A stretch of 64,000 bases of DNA. Source: Octopus vulgaris. Its lineage: Eukaryota. The position numbers and the translations under genes are program-made. Of the stretch, positions 1 through 12,185 are shown piece by piece (the first letter of the stretch is position 1; every line of letters begins with the position of its first letter). The notes beneath the pieces are model-generated. The model was given only the letters and a program-made list of their open reading frames with translations. It ran no database searches and had not been told where the DNA came from. The stretch spans positions 63,984,001 to 64,048,000 of the forward strand of contig OX597822.1 of the NCBI GenBank assembly GCA_951406725.2. The letters run 5' to 3'.

Positions 1-1051
1 TAGATTTAATAGATGTGGGCAGACCTATACCCAAGGGCCGATATCATTTCTTCTGAAATAGTATATTCTCAACAAAAACATTATTCAATGTCTCCCTTGA
101 GGGAGCTTTGGCTGGTATTTCTACCAGGTTATGGGAATTCGTGTAGGGGGTACCTCCACTGGTGCAGTTGTTTACCTATTGTAGTTGTTTTTGCTTAGTC
201 AGCCCTCACCAAACAAACCCCAATGATCAAAGATATACCAGCTATGACCATCTCAAGAATTTTGTATGTCTAAGGCTATATATTGTTTAATGAGTTCTTC
301 CCTTTTTGGAACATCAGGTGTTGGAGATTTGGTTGCTATTTCTAGAAAATCAAAAAAATCAAGTGTAGAGGGTGCAATCACTGGATTAGTTTTTATGCAT
401 GAGTAGCCCTGGTCCATCTTTGATTGAGCAGTTATAAGCAAAGATCTGGTGGTCATGACCATCTCATCTTTAGGATGACAATATAAAATTCATCTTTTAA
501 GTTGAAGTAGATTTAGCTGCTATTTCTAGGAGATTGACTGACCACATAGAAGCTTCCATCATTACCTTTTTTTCTTAATTTTTTTTATTATCCTCATGTG
601 GTTTGTTGTTAATATTTGATAAAGGGTCACTCAGTTTTACAACCAATAAAAAATTAAGTCCAGTGAATCTGACAGAGATAAGGAGGCAGGGAATTCTTCC
701 AGAGGAGAAGCAGTGTTAGTAGTAGCTGTAATGTTTTACAGAACAGCAAGGGCCTCTTCCTATTATCTTGATGTACTTGACCCACAAGGAAGAGACAAGG
801 CAGAAGAGGGTAGGGTAAGGGTTTTAATGCATTAACCACTTTGAGATAACAAAGGTTGTAGAGGAATGACAGGGGATCCATTGTAGTGATAGTGGTGGTG
901 GTGGTGGTAATGGTAGTTGAGGATGTAGTAGTGATAGAAGTAATTTGTGGTTGTAGAGATAATAGTAGGGATGTCAATGATGGTGGAATGGTAGCAGCAT
1001 TTGTAAGAGTTGGTGTTGTTAATGTTTACCCTCAAGTCAACCCTGATGGAA

Positions 1052-1222
1052 CAGACCATTCTGGGGCAAACATTTTGTATGCAAGATCACCCTGTGGACA
1101 AAGGTTTTGCATCCAAGACCATTCTGAAGCAAAATTTTTGTATCCAAGAACATTTTGGAGCAAAGATTTTTGTATCCAAGAACACACTGGGGAAAAGATT
1201 TTGTATTCAAAAATCATCCTGT
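1052..1222. repeat. Minisatellite, about 31-bp unit, 5-6 degenerate copies
   Basis: Recurring caagaccattctggggcaaagattttgtatc-like unit; it explains the repetitive ORFs 886-1281 and 1010-1261. Confidence 0.8.
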
Positions 1223-1490
1223 CTTTTTCTCAGACACAACAAGCCCCAAACCACATTATGAGATGTGTCCTTTTTTTGTAAAATGGCAGAATGTGATTTG
1301 AAGAGATATTTGGTTGCTAGGTTTAGCAGATCAAACAATTACATAGAGGGTTCCTGGTTGTGTTTTAACCTCAGATAAATGCTAAACCAGTAAAAAGATT
1401 CATGATCAAAGGCATTCCAGCTGTGATCACCATTCCTTTTTACAGATAACTAGCACAATATCCAACGAATCCTTTCTTTTGTCTAAGACA

Positions 1491-2106
1491 TTAACCTTTT
1501 AACATTCAGATAACTCTGACAAATGTAATACTTACATCATTTAAATTATTTACATTTGACGGATATTTGTCCTCATCTTGTTTGTTGCTAACATGTTTTG
1601 GCTGATATACCCTCCAGTCTTCATCAGGTGTCTTGGGGAAATTTTGAACCTGGGTTCTCATTACTAAGGTATTTTTCAATGTTATTATTATTATTATTAT
1701 TCAGGTCACTGCTTGGAATCAAACTCGGAATCTTGGGGTTGGTAGCCTGTGCCCTTAATCACTACGCCATATGCCCAATGAAGGCAGGAGGGTATATCAG
1801 CCGAAACGTGTTAACAAGAAAGAAGATGAGGACAAATATCCGTCGGATGTAAGTAATGTAAATAACGTACATAATTCCTCATCTCTTAAATATAGAACTG
1901 TATTAAATGTAATACTTGTTTTCATTGTTTTGAATTAATCCTACATTATCTTTAACTTCAAGATTTTGATAATATGATAGTTTATTTTTAGAATGACATT
2001 TAAGATAGGTGCAAGAGGCCAGGTTTGTCAAGTTTGAACGTAAAAGAGGCCAGCTTGAACATAGAATATTTCAGCTAAATTCGGTTAGTTAAAAGCTAAA
2101 GGTTCA
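1491..2106. mobile_element. piggyBac-like MITE (family A), interrupted by the 1534-1904 insertion
   Basis: Begins ttaa-ccttttaacattcaga and ends aagctaaaggttc; the body matches the copy at 58301-58530. Confidence 0.6.
1534..1904 (-). mobile_element. tRNA-headed non-autonomous retroelement with a hammerhead-like tail and an inverted tail copy (Penelope-like architecture)
   Basis: 13-bp direct repeat aaatgtaatactt at 1521-1533 and 1905-1917. Minus-strand tRNA-like head at 1776-1710 (A box tggcgtagtga, B box gagtttgattcc). CTGATGA-stem motif at 1627-1596. Arms 1545-1625 and 1778-1860 are inverted repeats. Confidence 0.7.
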
Positions 2107-2407
2107 AGGTGTGATTTGAGGGAGATTTGGCTGCTACAGTATAACAATTATTTCGTCAGAGGTAGGTTTCAAATAGAAAATAAAACAAAACAAAACAAAA
2201 ATACTGAGAAATAAATAACTTATCTAACTTAGCAGTTCAATAAATAGATACTAATATAATAGGTAAATACTAGACTGAAATATAAATACAGTCAATATGG
2301 ATTGATTGAATCTGTGAAAACAGTGTCCAAACATGGTTGTAGTCCAATGATTGGTTAAAGAACTTGCGTTGTAAGCTTGTGGTTCCAGGATCAATCCTCA
2401 CACAACC

Positions 2408-3035
2408 TTAATCCTTTAGCATTTAAACTGGCTATCTCTGGCCAAAATAATCTAACTGTTTTATCTTCAGACTGGTCAGATCTGGCCTCTCACACCAACA
2501 CTGCAATGTTATTCTAAAAATAAACAATCACTTCATTGGAAGGTAATACAAGGTGAAACATGACTAATTCAAATCAATGTAAATAAAGGCATAGGAATGG
2601 CTGTGTGGTAAGTAGCTTGCTTACGAACCACATGGTTCTGGGTTCAGTCCCATTGTGTGGCACCTTGGGCAAGTGTCTTCTACTATAACCTCGGGCCGAC
2701 CAAAGCCTTGTGAGTGGATTTGGTAGATGGAAACTGAAAGAAGCTCATCGTATATATGTATATATATATATGTGTGTGTATATGTTTATGTATCTGTGTT
2801 TGTCCCCCCAACATCGCTTGACAACCGAAGCTGGTGCGTTTACGTCCCTGTAACTTAACGGTTTGGCTAAAGGGGCCTGATAGAATAAGTACTAGGCTTA
2901 CAAAGAATAAGTCCTGGGGTCGATTTGCTTGACTAAAGGCGGTGCTCCAGCATGGCCACAGTCAAATGACTGAAACAAGTAAAAGAGTAAAGAGTATTCC
3001 ATTTGACAGAGGAACCTGAAATGCTAAAGGGTTAA
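2408..3035. mobile_element. piggyBac-like MITE (family A) containing a nested SINE
   Basis: ttaa-tcctttagcatt ... aatgctaaaggg-ttaa terminal inverted repeats with TTAA ends. Confidence 0.7.
2588..2995 (+). mobile_element. tRNA-derived CORE-like SINE (family 1), full length
   Basis: A box tggctgtgtgg, B box ggttcagtccc, CORE-like caccttgggcaagtgtctt, internal (TA/TG)n and an aaaagagt tail; many near-identical copies in the window. Confidence 0.9.
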
Positions 3036-3363
3036 CCCTTTAACATTTAAAATGGTTATATCCAGCCCAAATATTCTACCTCTGTTTTGTGTTTGAACCA
3101 GCCAGATCTGACCTCGTATATACCTATCCTGTGTCCAAACAAGCTGGATCTGGTCTCACACACCTATCCTCTGTTCAAACCTTCCAGATCTGACCTCATA
3201 TGTTCAAACCAGTCAAATCTGGCCTCACACACCAACCCTATATTATACAATCACATCTCTGAAAAATCTCAAAACTCATGAGAAGATAATGCATGATTAA
3301 TTCATGTTAATGCAAATGAGTAAGCATTATATTTGACAGAAATCTGAATGCTAAAAGGGCTAA
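3032..3363. mobile_element. piggyBac-like MITE (family A) with an amplified internal subrepeat
   Basis: ttaa-ccctttaacatt ... aatgctaaaaggg; shares the TTAA at 3032-3035 with the previous copy; five tgttcaaaccagccagatctg-like units at 3088-3240. Confidence 0.7.
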
Positions 3364-3639
3364 GCAACCATTTTCCGATGTAGCTCTGGGCTGACCTATG
3401 TATTGTGAGAGAATATGACAGACAGCACGGAAGTCTGTCATGTGTGTTTTGCGTTTGTCCTCCCACCACTTGACAACCAGTATTGGTTTGTTTACATCCA
3501 TGTAGCTTAAAGATTCATCAACAAAGAGACTGATATAGCAAGTACCAGGCTTGAGAAGTAAATACTAAAATTGATTGATTGGTTGCATGCAGCCTTTTAA
3601 GGCTGTGCTCCAGCATGGATGCAGACCAATGACTGAAGC

Positions 3640-3683
<44 letters not shown>

Positions 3684-4228
3684 AGAGAGAGAGTGGGGGA
3701 GTAGAGGGAATGTTTATTCAATATAAAGAGATAACTTCCTGTGTTCTGAGTGATTGACTGTGGGAGGTAAAAGGCTGCTATTGCCTAAGCTATCTTAAGG
3801 TAATCTCTTAAGTATGCCACTCAGGCCCCTGGTGATCTGAGTGAAACCAGCTTATTAGGGGCCCTGCAAGGAGCAAGTAAGGTGAAGAGGGAGCAGGGAA
3901 GGCCTGCCTACACATAAACAAACTTGTTAGGAAGCCTACCAGATCAAACCGGCAAGTGAATTAATTGCAGATTCATTCTGCCTGTATGGGGTGAGTGGAA
4001 GTTCCACATGCTCTGGATACTTAGAACATGCTTAATATAATATCTATTTGCTCATACACTGGTACATCCATCTGCCATCCATCTGCACATGCTTGTATGT
4101 ATATGTGTGCTCTAAGATTTTATTTTCTTTCTTTTAAGAAAGCGATAAAGTGAAGGCATTATCTTTAGCATACATCTTTGAATAATATCAATCAGTACAG
4201 ATAGCAAGTTATATATATATATATATAT

Positions 4229-4648
4229 GTGCGTAGGAATGGCTGTGTGGTAAGTAGTTGGCTTACAAACCACATGGTTCTGGGTTCAGTCCCACTGCAT
4301 GGCATCTTGGGCGAGTGTCTTCTACTACAGCCTCAGGCCGACCAAAACCTTGTGAGTGTATTTGGTAGACAGAAACTGAAAGAAGCCCGTCGTATATATG
4401 CATACATATATGTTTGTGTGTGTATATGTTTGTGTGTCTGTGTTTGTCCCCCCGCCCCACCAGCATCGCTTGACAACTGATGCTGGTGTGTTTACGTTCC
4501 TGTAACTTAGCAGTTTGGCAAAAGAGACTGATGGAATAAGTACTTGGCTTACAAAGAATAAATCCTAGGGTCAATTTGTGTGACTAAATGCAGTGCTCCA
4601 GCATGGCCACAGTCAAAATGACTGAAACAAGTAAAAGAGTAGAAGAGT
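4229..4648 (+). mobile_element. SINE family 1, full length
   Basis: Colinear with 2588-2995. Confidence 0.9.
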
Positions 4649-4667
4649 ATATATTATCTGAAATGGA

Positions 4668-4755
4668 CAGTATTATATATCCCATCACGGCTGATCTTGC
4701 AATCGGTCTCGCGCTAAGAATACAATGTATCAGCTGTGATGGATATATAATAATG
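4668..4755. repeat. Inverted repeat (about 28-bp arms, about 33-nt CpG-rich loop)
   Basis: tattatatatcccatcacggctgat pairs with atcagctgtgatggatatataata. Confidence 0.75.
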
Positions 4756-5642
4756 TACATTTAGGATAATATACTCAGTCTGTAGACAGATATAGGAGTG
4801 CATCTTCACCCTGACATACGGACTCTTAGACGACTCGTATATGTGTAGCTATCTGTGTGTCTGTGTACGGAATGTGTGTGTGTTTATATACTAGATAAAC
4901 AGGAATGTAATCCTCGTATATTTTCCCACATAAATATGTACTAGGCCTGTACAATCAAAGCGGGATTGACTACCATACACATGCATGTACACACAAAAAC
5001 ACAAATGCACACGCATATGCACACAGTAGGCTTAAGCTTCAGTCAATGATCTGCACGTATAGATAGACATTAGACAGTTATTTCATCTATTTTAAAATAT
5101 TTTTACAGGTTTGATTTGATGATAAACAAATGAAAAATCCATTATTTATAACAAAAAGGAGTAGCTAGATAATACAGAAATTAGGGGAAGAAAGGGGTCA
5201 GTCAATTACATTGACCTAATTTCTTACAATATCAATATTGCACAAGGCTATATAGATTTATAGGGGTTAAGTTTAATTAATGAAGAAATCTCAGTACATT
5301 ACTGGTATTTATTTTACCAACCTTTTCCTTCAGAAAGATGAAAGAAAAAACCCCCAGAGGGATTTAAAATTCTAAGATTTTAGAGTTCAGCTGGCAGCCA
5401 TAGCCTTTTCTTCCACACAAGATAGCAAGCAGCTGTTTAACATAAATAAACCAAACAACAACAAACACTCTTTTATCTCATATTTTGACAAAGTATAAAG
5501 GCCAAGTTGTGTTTGAGGAAGAAATACTGCCAATTACAATAGACTGGTTGGATATAACACACACAACACACACACACATACAAACACATGAATGGACAAA
5601 CAAAAGAAAAGGGCACTCAACACATTCAGTAAGAGTTACATG

Positions 5643-5783
5643 TATTGTTTAAAACAGTTTGGTTCAGTTTCATGTAACTTCAAGTTTCACAGGCCACTGA
5701 TGGGACCCCAACTCCTTCAGGTTCTCATAAGGGGCCTGTGGAACTTGAAGCAGCACAAAACCGAAGGACACTGCTTTAAACAA
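5643..5783. repeat. Palindromic MITE-like element
   Basis: ttgtttaaaacagt...cttcaagtttcacaggcc pairs with ggcctgtggaacttgaag...actgctttaaacaa. Confidence 0.75.
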
Positions 5784-5793
5784 TGAATGAACA

Positions 5794-6185
5794 GGTGCAA
5801 GAGTGGCTGTGTGGTAAGTAGCTTGCTTACCAACCACATGGTTCCCGGTTCAGTCCCACGGTGTGGCACCTTGGGCAAGTGTCTTCTATCATAGCCTTGG
5901 GCTAACCAAAGCCTTGTGAGTGGATTTGGTAGATGGAAGCCGAATGAAGCATGTCGTATATATGTGTATATATATGCATATGTTTGTGTGTCTGTGTTTG
6001 TCTCCCCCACCATTGCTTGACAACTGACGGTGGTGTGTTTACGTCCCTGTAACTTAGCGGTTCGGCAAAACAGACCGATAGAACAAGTACTAGGTTTATG
6101 AAGAATAAGTCTTGGGGTTGATTTGTTTAACTAAAGGTGGTGCTCCAGCAAGGCCGCAGTCAAATGACTGAAACAAATAAAAGAA
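5794..6185 (+). mobile_element. SINE family 1, full length
   Basis: Colinear with 2588-2995. Confidence 0.9.
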
Positions 6186-7561
6186 TCAATGTGTGTGTGT
6201 GTGTGTTGACAAACAGACTGTAACAACAAAAGAGGTAGAGTTCAATATTGCTTGTAATTGATGGTGCCACAGACAGCTGAAGAAGTGCGATGGATATCGT
6301 ATTGTTGACACAGACATGTGAAATCCTGTATGTAAGCCTCTATATCATGCACCTGTATCATTCTGTCTATTTATCTATCTTTATTATAATTTTAATGTCC
6401 ACTTTCCCATCCTTGCATGCATCAGATGCCTTCCCTGTTGCCAACCCTCACCCATTTCCCAGCAAGGTAATATTTCCCTATGGTTAGACATGTTTTTGCA
6501 GAATATCAGAAGTGAATAACACTTCTTGTATTAGACAGGTGACACACATTTATTAGCTAAACACACACACACACTAGGCTTCTTTCAGTTTCTGTCTACC
6601 AAATACACTTAGTTGGCCCAGGGCTATAGAAAGGTGCCAAGCAGTGAGGTTGAACCTAAAACCATGTGGTTACAAAACAAACTTAACAAAACTACCACAC
6701 CTGCACCTATAAGTATGTCCTGTATTGAAATTAGCTGATTATTAAACTTATCACCTTTAATTATAGTTTTTAGATTATAAACATCACCAGAGAAGAGAGA
6801 GTCTTTGTTTTCTAATTGCAATGATAATCTTTCTCAACTTGCTGTATTACATAAGTGAAACTCCAGTTACATGTGTGTGTGTGTGTGTGTGTGTGTTTAG
6901 CTAATAGAATGCTCAAATCCCCTATTGTATACGTTTTCCTTCAGCACCATTGTCAATAAACCATGCAAGGTGTGTGTGTGTGTGTGTGTTTGTGTGACAT
7001 TACCTTACATCTTTCCTTTCTTTTGCTACATTGTATTTTAAAATGCTGCCAAGTTTTGGAGCCAGCGTAATAAATATTGCCAGATTTAGGCTGACATGTA
7101 AAAGGTCAGCATTGATAAAACTGTCTCAAAAGTATATAGTCCTTTCTACTGTCTGCCAAGGTAAAGGGGTGAGATGGTGGGGGGGGGGGACAGAGGAAGA
7201 GAAAGCACAGTCCAGAGAAGAATGTTTATTTGATTATCCCTTTGATACTAACCAACTGGAGACCATGACCTCTGATTCATCCATTTAAGTTTTGAAGTGT
7301 TCATATTTAAATGAAGAGCTTCTCAAAATTTTATGTGAGAACATTTGAAGTTGTGTTTCTGAATACCAGTTTAATAACCACAAACTTTTCTATTTTGTAT
7401 TCATTCTGGCTGAGTTGTTAAGAAATTTGCTTCCCAGCCACGTGGTCCAGTTTTGGTCAAGTTTCCACTGTGTAACATACATTGGGATAGTGTCTTCTGC
7501 TACAGCTTAGCACAAATCAAAGATTTACAAGTGGATTTAACAGAAGGGAAACTGAAAGAAG

Positions 7562-7626
<65 letters not shown>

Positions 7627-7852
7627 TAATACAATTGTTTGTTTGTATTCCACCTGCCTTCGTCTTTTGTTTATTTCCGTAAACCTGCCTTCGTCTTTTG
7701 TCTATTTTCATAAAGCTTCACGTTATATATATATATATATATATAAATGTTTGTGTTTATGTTTCAATAAAAACAATTTTACATTAAACTGAAGGATTAA
7801 TCAATACATTTGGTAGAGTACAAATTTATTATTGTTTAACGAGAAGAGTACT

Positions 7853-7903
7853 GACAGTGACTTCGAAGTTTCAACTGGCTAAGCTAAGTTATCATCAGAC
7901 AGT
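7853..7903 (-). ncRNA. Minimal type-I hammerhead ribozyme motif
   Basis: Minus strand reads GACUGU-CUGAUGA-uAACU...AGUU-GAAA-CUUCGAAG-UC-ACUGUC: both core boxes, a palindromic stem III, a GUC triplet and stem I with one mismatch. Confidence 0.7.
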
Positions 7904-7944
7904 CTGATGAGGGGTTGGCTGGCCGAAACCTCAAAGTCACTATC
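7898..7944 (+). ncRNA. Minimal type-I hammerhead ribozyme motif (more degenerate copy)
   Basis: GACAGU-CUGAUGA(7904-7910)-GG...CC-GAAA(7925-7928)-CCUCAAAG-UC-ACUAUC. Confidence 0.6.
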
Positions 7945-7953
7945 AATATTTCT

Positions 7954-8355
7954 GAGTGGCTGTGTGGTAAGTAGCTTGCTTACCGGCCACATGGTCCCGG
8001 GTTCAGTCCCACTGTGTGGCACCTTGGGCAAGTGTCTTCAACAATAGCCTTGGGCTGGCCATAGCCTTGTGAGTGGATTTGGTACACGGAAGCTGAAAGA
8101 AGCCCGTCATAAATATGTGTGTGTGTATATATACATATATATATATGCATATGTTTGTGTGTCTGTGTTTGTCCCCCCCCCATCATCGCTTGACAACCGA
8201 TGGTGGTGTATTTACATCGCCATAACTTAGCGGTTCGGCAAAATTAACCAATACAATAAGTACTATGCTTACAAAGAATAAGTCCTGGGGTCAATTTGTC
8301 TGACTAAAGGCGGTGCTCCAGCATGACCACAGTCAAATGACTGAAAAGAATAAAA

Positions 8356-8359
<4 letters not shown>
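7954..8359 (+). mobile_element. SINE family 1
   Basis: Colinear with the other copies; slightly 5'-truncated. Confidence 0.9.
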
Positions 8360-8411
<52 letters not shown>

Positions 8412-8986
8412 TTTTCTAGTTTCAGCTCAGAGCTGCGGCTATGCTGATACACCGCCGTTATATATATACATATATATGTATATATATACATATATATAAT
8501 ATAAGCACAGTGTCTAAAGTTGGGGATGGATACAGTTGATTGAAACAACCACAGTACTTAACCAGAACTTGTTATATTAATTTCAAATTTTGGCACATCA
8601 ACCACAGTACTTAACTGGGGTCAATTTTACTGACCCCGAAAGAGTGAAAGCAAAGCTGATCTCAGCAGAATTTAAACTCAGAATCTAAAAACAAATGAAA
8701 TACTGTTAAGCAGTTAGTCCGGCAATGCTAACGATTTTGCCAGCTCAGCAGTTTTAGTACTTATTATAATATTGCAACCCCTGAAAGATGAAAGTGAAGC
8801 TGACTAGAACTCAGGATTTCAAAGTATGCATCTAAATATTGCAAGCTATTTTGTCTGTTACTCTAGTAATCCAGCCAGTTCACTACCTTCAATATATTAG
8901 ATGATATTACCAACAACCGGAGTGAGAAACACATATATATATATATATTATTATTTTATTATTATTATTAATAATAATAAAATAAT

Positions 8987-9048
<62 letters not shown>

Positions 9049-9052
<4 letters not shown>

Positions 9053-9274
9053 CCCACAAGGGGCTAAACATAGAGGGAACAAACCAGGACAGACAAAGGG
9101 ATTAAGTCGATTACATCGACCCCCGTGCGTAACTGGTACTTAATTTATCGACCCTCGAAAGGATGAAAGGCAAAGTTGACCTTGGCGGAATTTGAACTCA
9201 GAACGTAGCGGCAGACGAAATACGGCTATGCATTTTACCTGGCGTGCTAACGTTTCTGCCAGCCCGCCGCCTTA
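9049..9274 (-). mobile_element. SINE family 2 (tRNA-like head, Deu/Nin-like central domain)
   Basis: Reverse complement of 31209-31441. Confidence 0.85.
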
Positions 9275-9613
9275 ATATATATATATGACTGAATGAGAGT
9301 TAGTAACACAGCACCCACCCCTGCAAACATACACCAATGTATACGCAATAAACCTACAAACTCCCTGAGACATTTGAAAGCAGGCAGATTTAAGGAGGCT
9401 GAAGTGAAATCTAAAATTAAATAAATCTTATGATAAAGTAGGAGAGATTACACTACCCATAAGTTTATCATGAAGTTGAACTCTCTAAATAGTTGTGTCC
9501 ACTTTTAATGGATTAAGGAGAGAGAGAGAAAGAGAGAAGGAAAGAGTAAAAGAGAATATCAGCAATTAACTTGGTTTGACACGTTCTTCCTCAAGTCCAA
9601 TACATTCACTAAC

Positions 9614-9736
9614 CCTCCAGGCCAACCCAGTGTGGCATCTCTAAACAAGTTTGAAGCCCTCAAGGCATAGCTTTATGAAATGTTTCCACTTGACTTCTGA
9701 ACGCCTTCTGGCTTTCGGATGGGCTCTCGTTATCAA
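9614..9736 (-). other. Putative exon (123 nt)
   Basis: ctaacaaatttcccag acceptor with a CTAAC branch motif, AGG|gttagt donor, unique sequence; stops in all three frames. Confidence 0.4.
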
Positions 9737-10192
9737 CTGGGAAATTTGTTAGTATATTTCTTAAACAAACACAACACTGTCTCAGTCATAAAGCTTTGCT
9801 AATCTCAGTTTCTTTCTAATGTACACAACAGGGAACACTGGCTCCAGTATTTTATGTTGTTCATAATGACATTTACAATCAAATTATTGACCTCTCTAAC
9901 TTTTCAGTCAAACCAATATCTGGCATTTATTTATTATATCTTCCATCAGTTATTTCAATCATGGTTGGATACCATGATGAGATGAGAACAAATTTTGGAG
10001 ACCAGCAACGAAAGACATGCTTAAAAGGTTAGAGAAAGCTAAATAAACAATTTGCCATTCGACCAGCCACCAACCACTACCACCACCATCTCCACAACTA
10101 GAGTCACACATCTCATTTGATGAATCTCTTATAACTGTTGTTGAGGGTAGTGCAGCCGCAGGTTACAAACTGCAGTGTGTGTGTGTACGTAC

Positions 10193-10213
10193 AGCTGAGC
10201 TGAGCTTAGCTTT
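10193..10213 (-). other. Putative 21-nt microexon
   Basis: ttgattgttattgcag|AAAGCTAAGCTCAGCTCAGCT|gtacgt. Confidence 0.25.
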
Positions 10214-11301
10214 CTGCAATAACAATCAAGGTTTAAATCTGTGGCAAAATGCTTGTTACATCCAATCCAAATATATCATGAGAACAAACAGCAAATATTG
10301 AGTATCTCAACGGCAGTAATAGTAATGGCTACCGTAGTAGTTGTTAGCTGTTGTTTTTCTTTCTTCTTTCTTTCTTTTTTATCTATTTATTAATTTTTTT
10401 TTTTACATGTGAAATGTGAACCAGAACATGGTGAACAAATGAGGCGGCGGAGCACCAGGGTGGTGAAAAGGCAATCAGAGAGGTCGGCTCTTGACTCAGA
10501 ATTGTCACTGTTGCAATCTATCCAAGTCCTAACAGGAAATGCGCAAGCATTACCCCAGGGAGGGAATACGGTGAAAGGAGGTATTGCAGAAATGAAGTTG
10601 AGCGGTGGTAGGGGAACGAGGAAATAACACCGCTACCGCCACCAACATCATCCTGATATGGACATGGTTGACATAATTGGGGAATTTAAAGTGAATCGGT
10701 GATTTGAGGTGCTGCAGGTATGCCTAAGTGGTATGTGATGAGCAGTGATTGAGTGGGGATTAACCGTTAATATTGTAGAACTGTGATGATATAATAATGT
10801 CTCTTGGTGATGATAATGTTGACAACGGTGATATTGCTGCCAACACCAACACGAATAATGACAAGGATGATGCAGACAATGTTGATGATGATGTGTTTCA
10901 TCCCTTCAGGGTACAAGCTACATATGAGCTGCAGCCTTAACACAAGGGACAACATGAATTTAATAGTACTTCTTAAAGTAGGCTAGCGGGGGCGGGCAGC
11001 GGGGGCGGGCAGCGGAAACGGGGTGAAATAAAGGGAAGAAAGAGGGGACAAGCAAAGGGAATGGTAGTAGAGCTGAAAAAGGAGAGGATGGGGTTATAAT
11101 GTGTGTATGTATGTGTGTGTGTGTGTGTAGAAACACAGGTGGAGTGGTATAGATGAGGAAAATGGAGGGATGCAGAGAGGTGAGGGCAGCTTCAGAGACT
11201 ATGGTTGTAGGAAAGAAAAAGAATTTCAAACAATGTGTGTATGTGTGTATTTAAATATGTATGTGTATGTATCTGTTGGTATGTGAGTGTGTCTTTGTTG
11301 C

Positions 11302-11355
<54 letters not shown>

Positions 11356-11738
11356 GTCTGTAAATGTGGATGGAGGCAAATAGATAAATGGTTTAAATGA
11401 ATAATAGCATGAAACAAGAAAGCATGTATATACACACACACACATATATGTATGTCTATATATATATATATATATATATATCACTGAAGTGTAGGGGATA
11501 TGTGAAGAGAAGGTGGAGGAGGAAAAGATATATGAGAATATCAATGAAACCAGCTCAATAAAAGACTAATAGAATGATGACAAATACCAGAGACAGTCTC
11601 TGTGTGTGTGTATATATGTATATATATGTATATATATATATATATAAATATATACACATATATATCCACAAATGATTGAGTAATATACAATAAACACAGA
11701 AACAAACAAATGAATAAGGAAATTATTAACTGACAGAG

Positions 11739-11801
<63 letters not shown>

Positions 11802-11938
11802 GAGAGAGGAAGAGTTCATAAAACAGAAAGAAAAAGGTGGTTGATTTGATTTAGGCCTGTCTGTACAGCTGTAGGGTGTAATATACTGTGACAAGACATC
11901 ATTGCAAAACGGGGAAGTTTTCCCTCTTGTTCTTTCAC

Positions 11939-12001
<63 letters not shown>

Positions 12002-12185
12002 GCGAACTCACTCTCTTTATTTCATCCTTGTGCACTTCTTTACATCCCTAGTAACATTTCATATTATGTTCCTTACCTCCGAAGGCTATTGCATTTTTGT
12101 TTTGTTTTTTTCTTAACACCAGTTCTAGCTTGCCCTCCAGATCAAAAGTATAAGAGTGTGTGAGTGTTAGGGTGTGTGTGTAAGA

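Noticed and set aside
9424-9477. Hairpin atgataaa/tttatcat
   Set aside because: Only a short AT-rich stem; inner arms pair poorly.
10205-10232. Resemblance to miR-315 on the minus strand (ttgattgttattgcagaaagc)
   Set aside because: Several mismatches including the 5' end, and no precursor hairpin.
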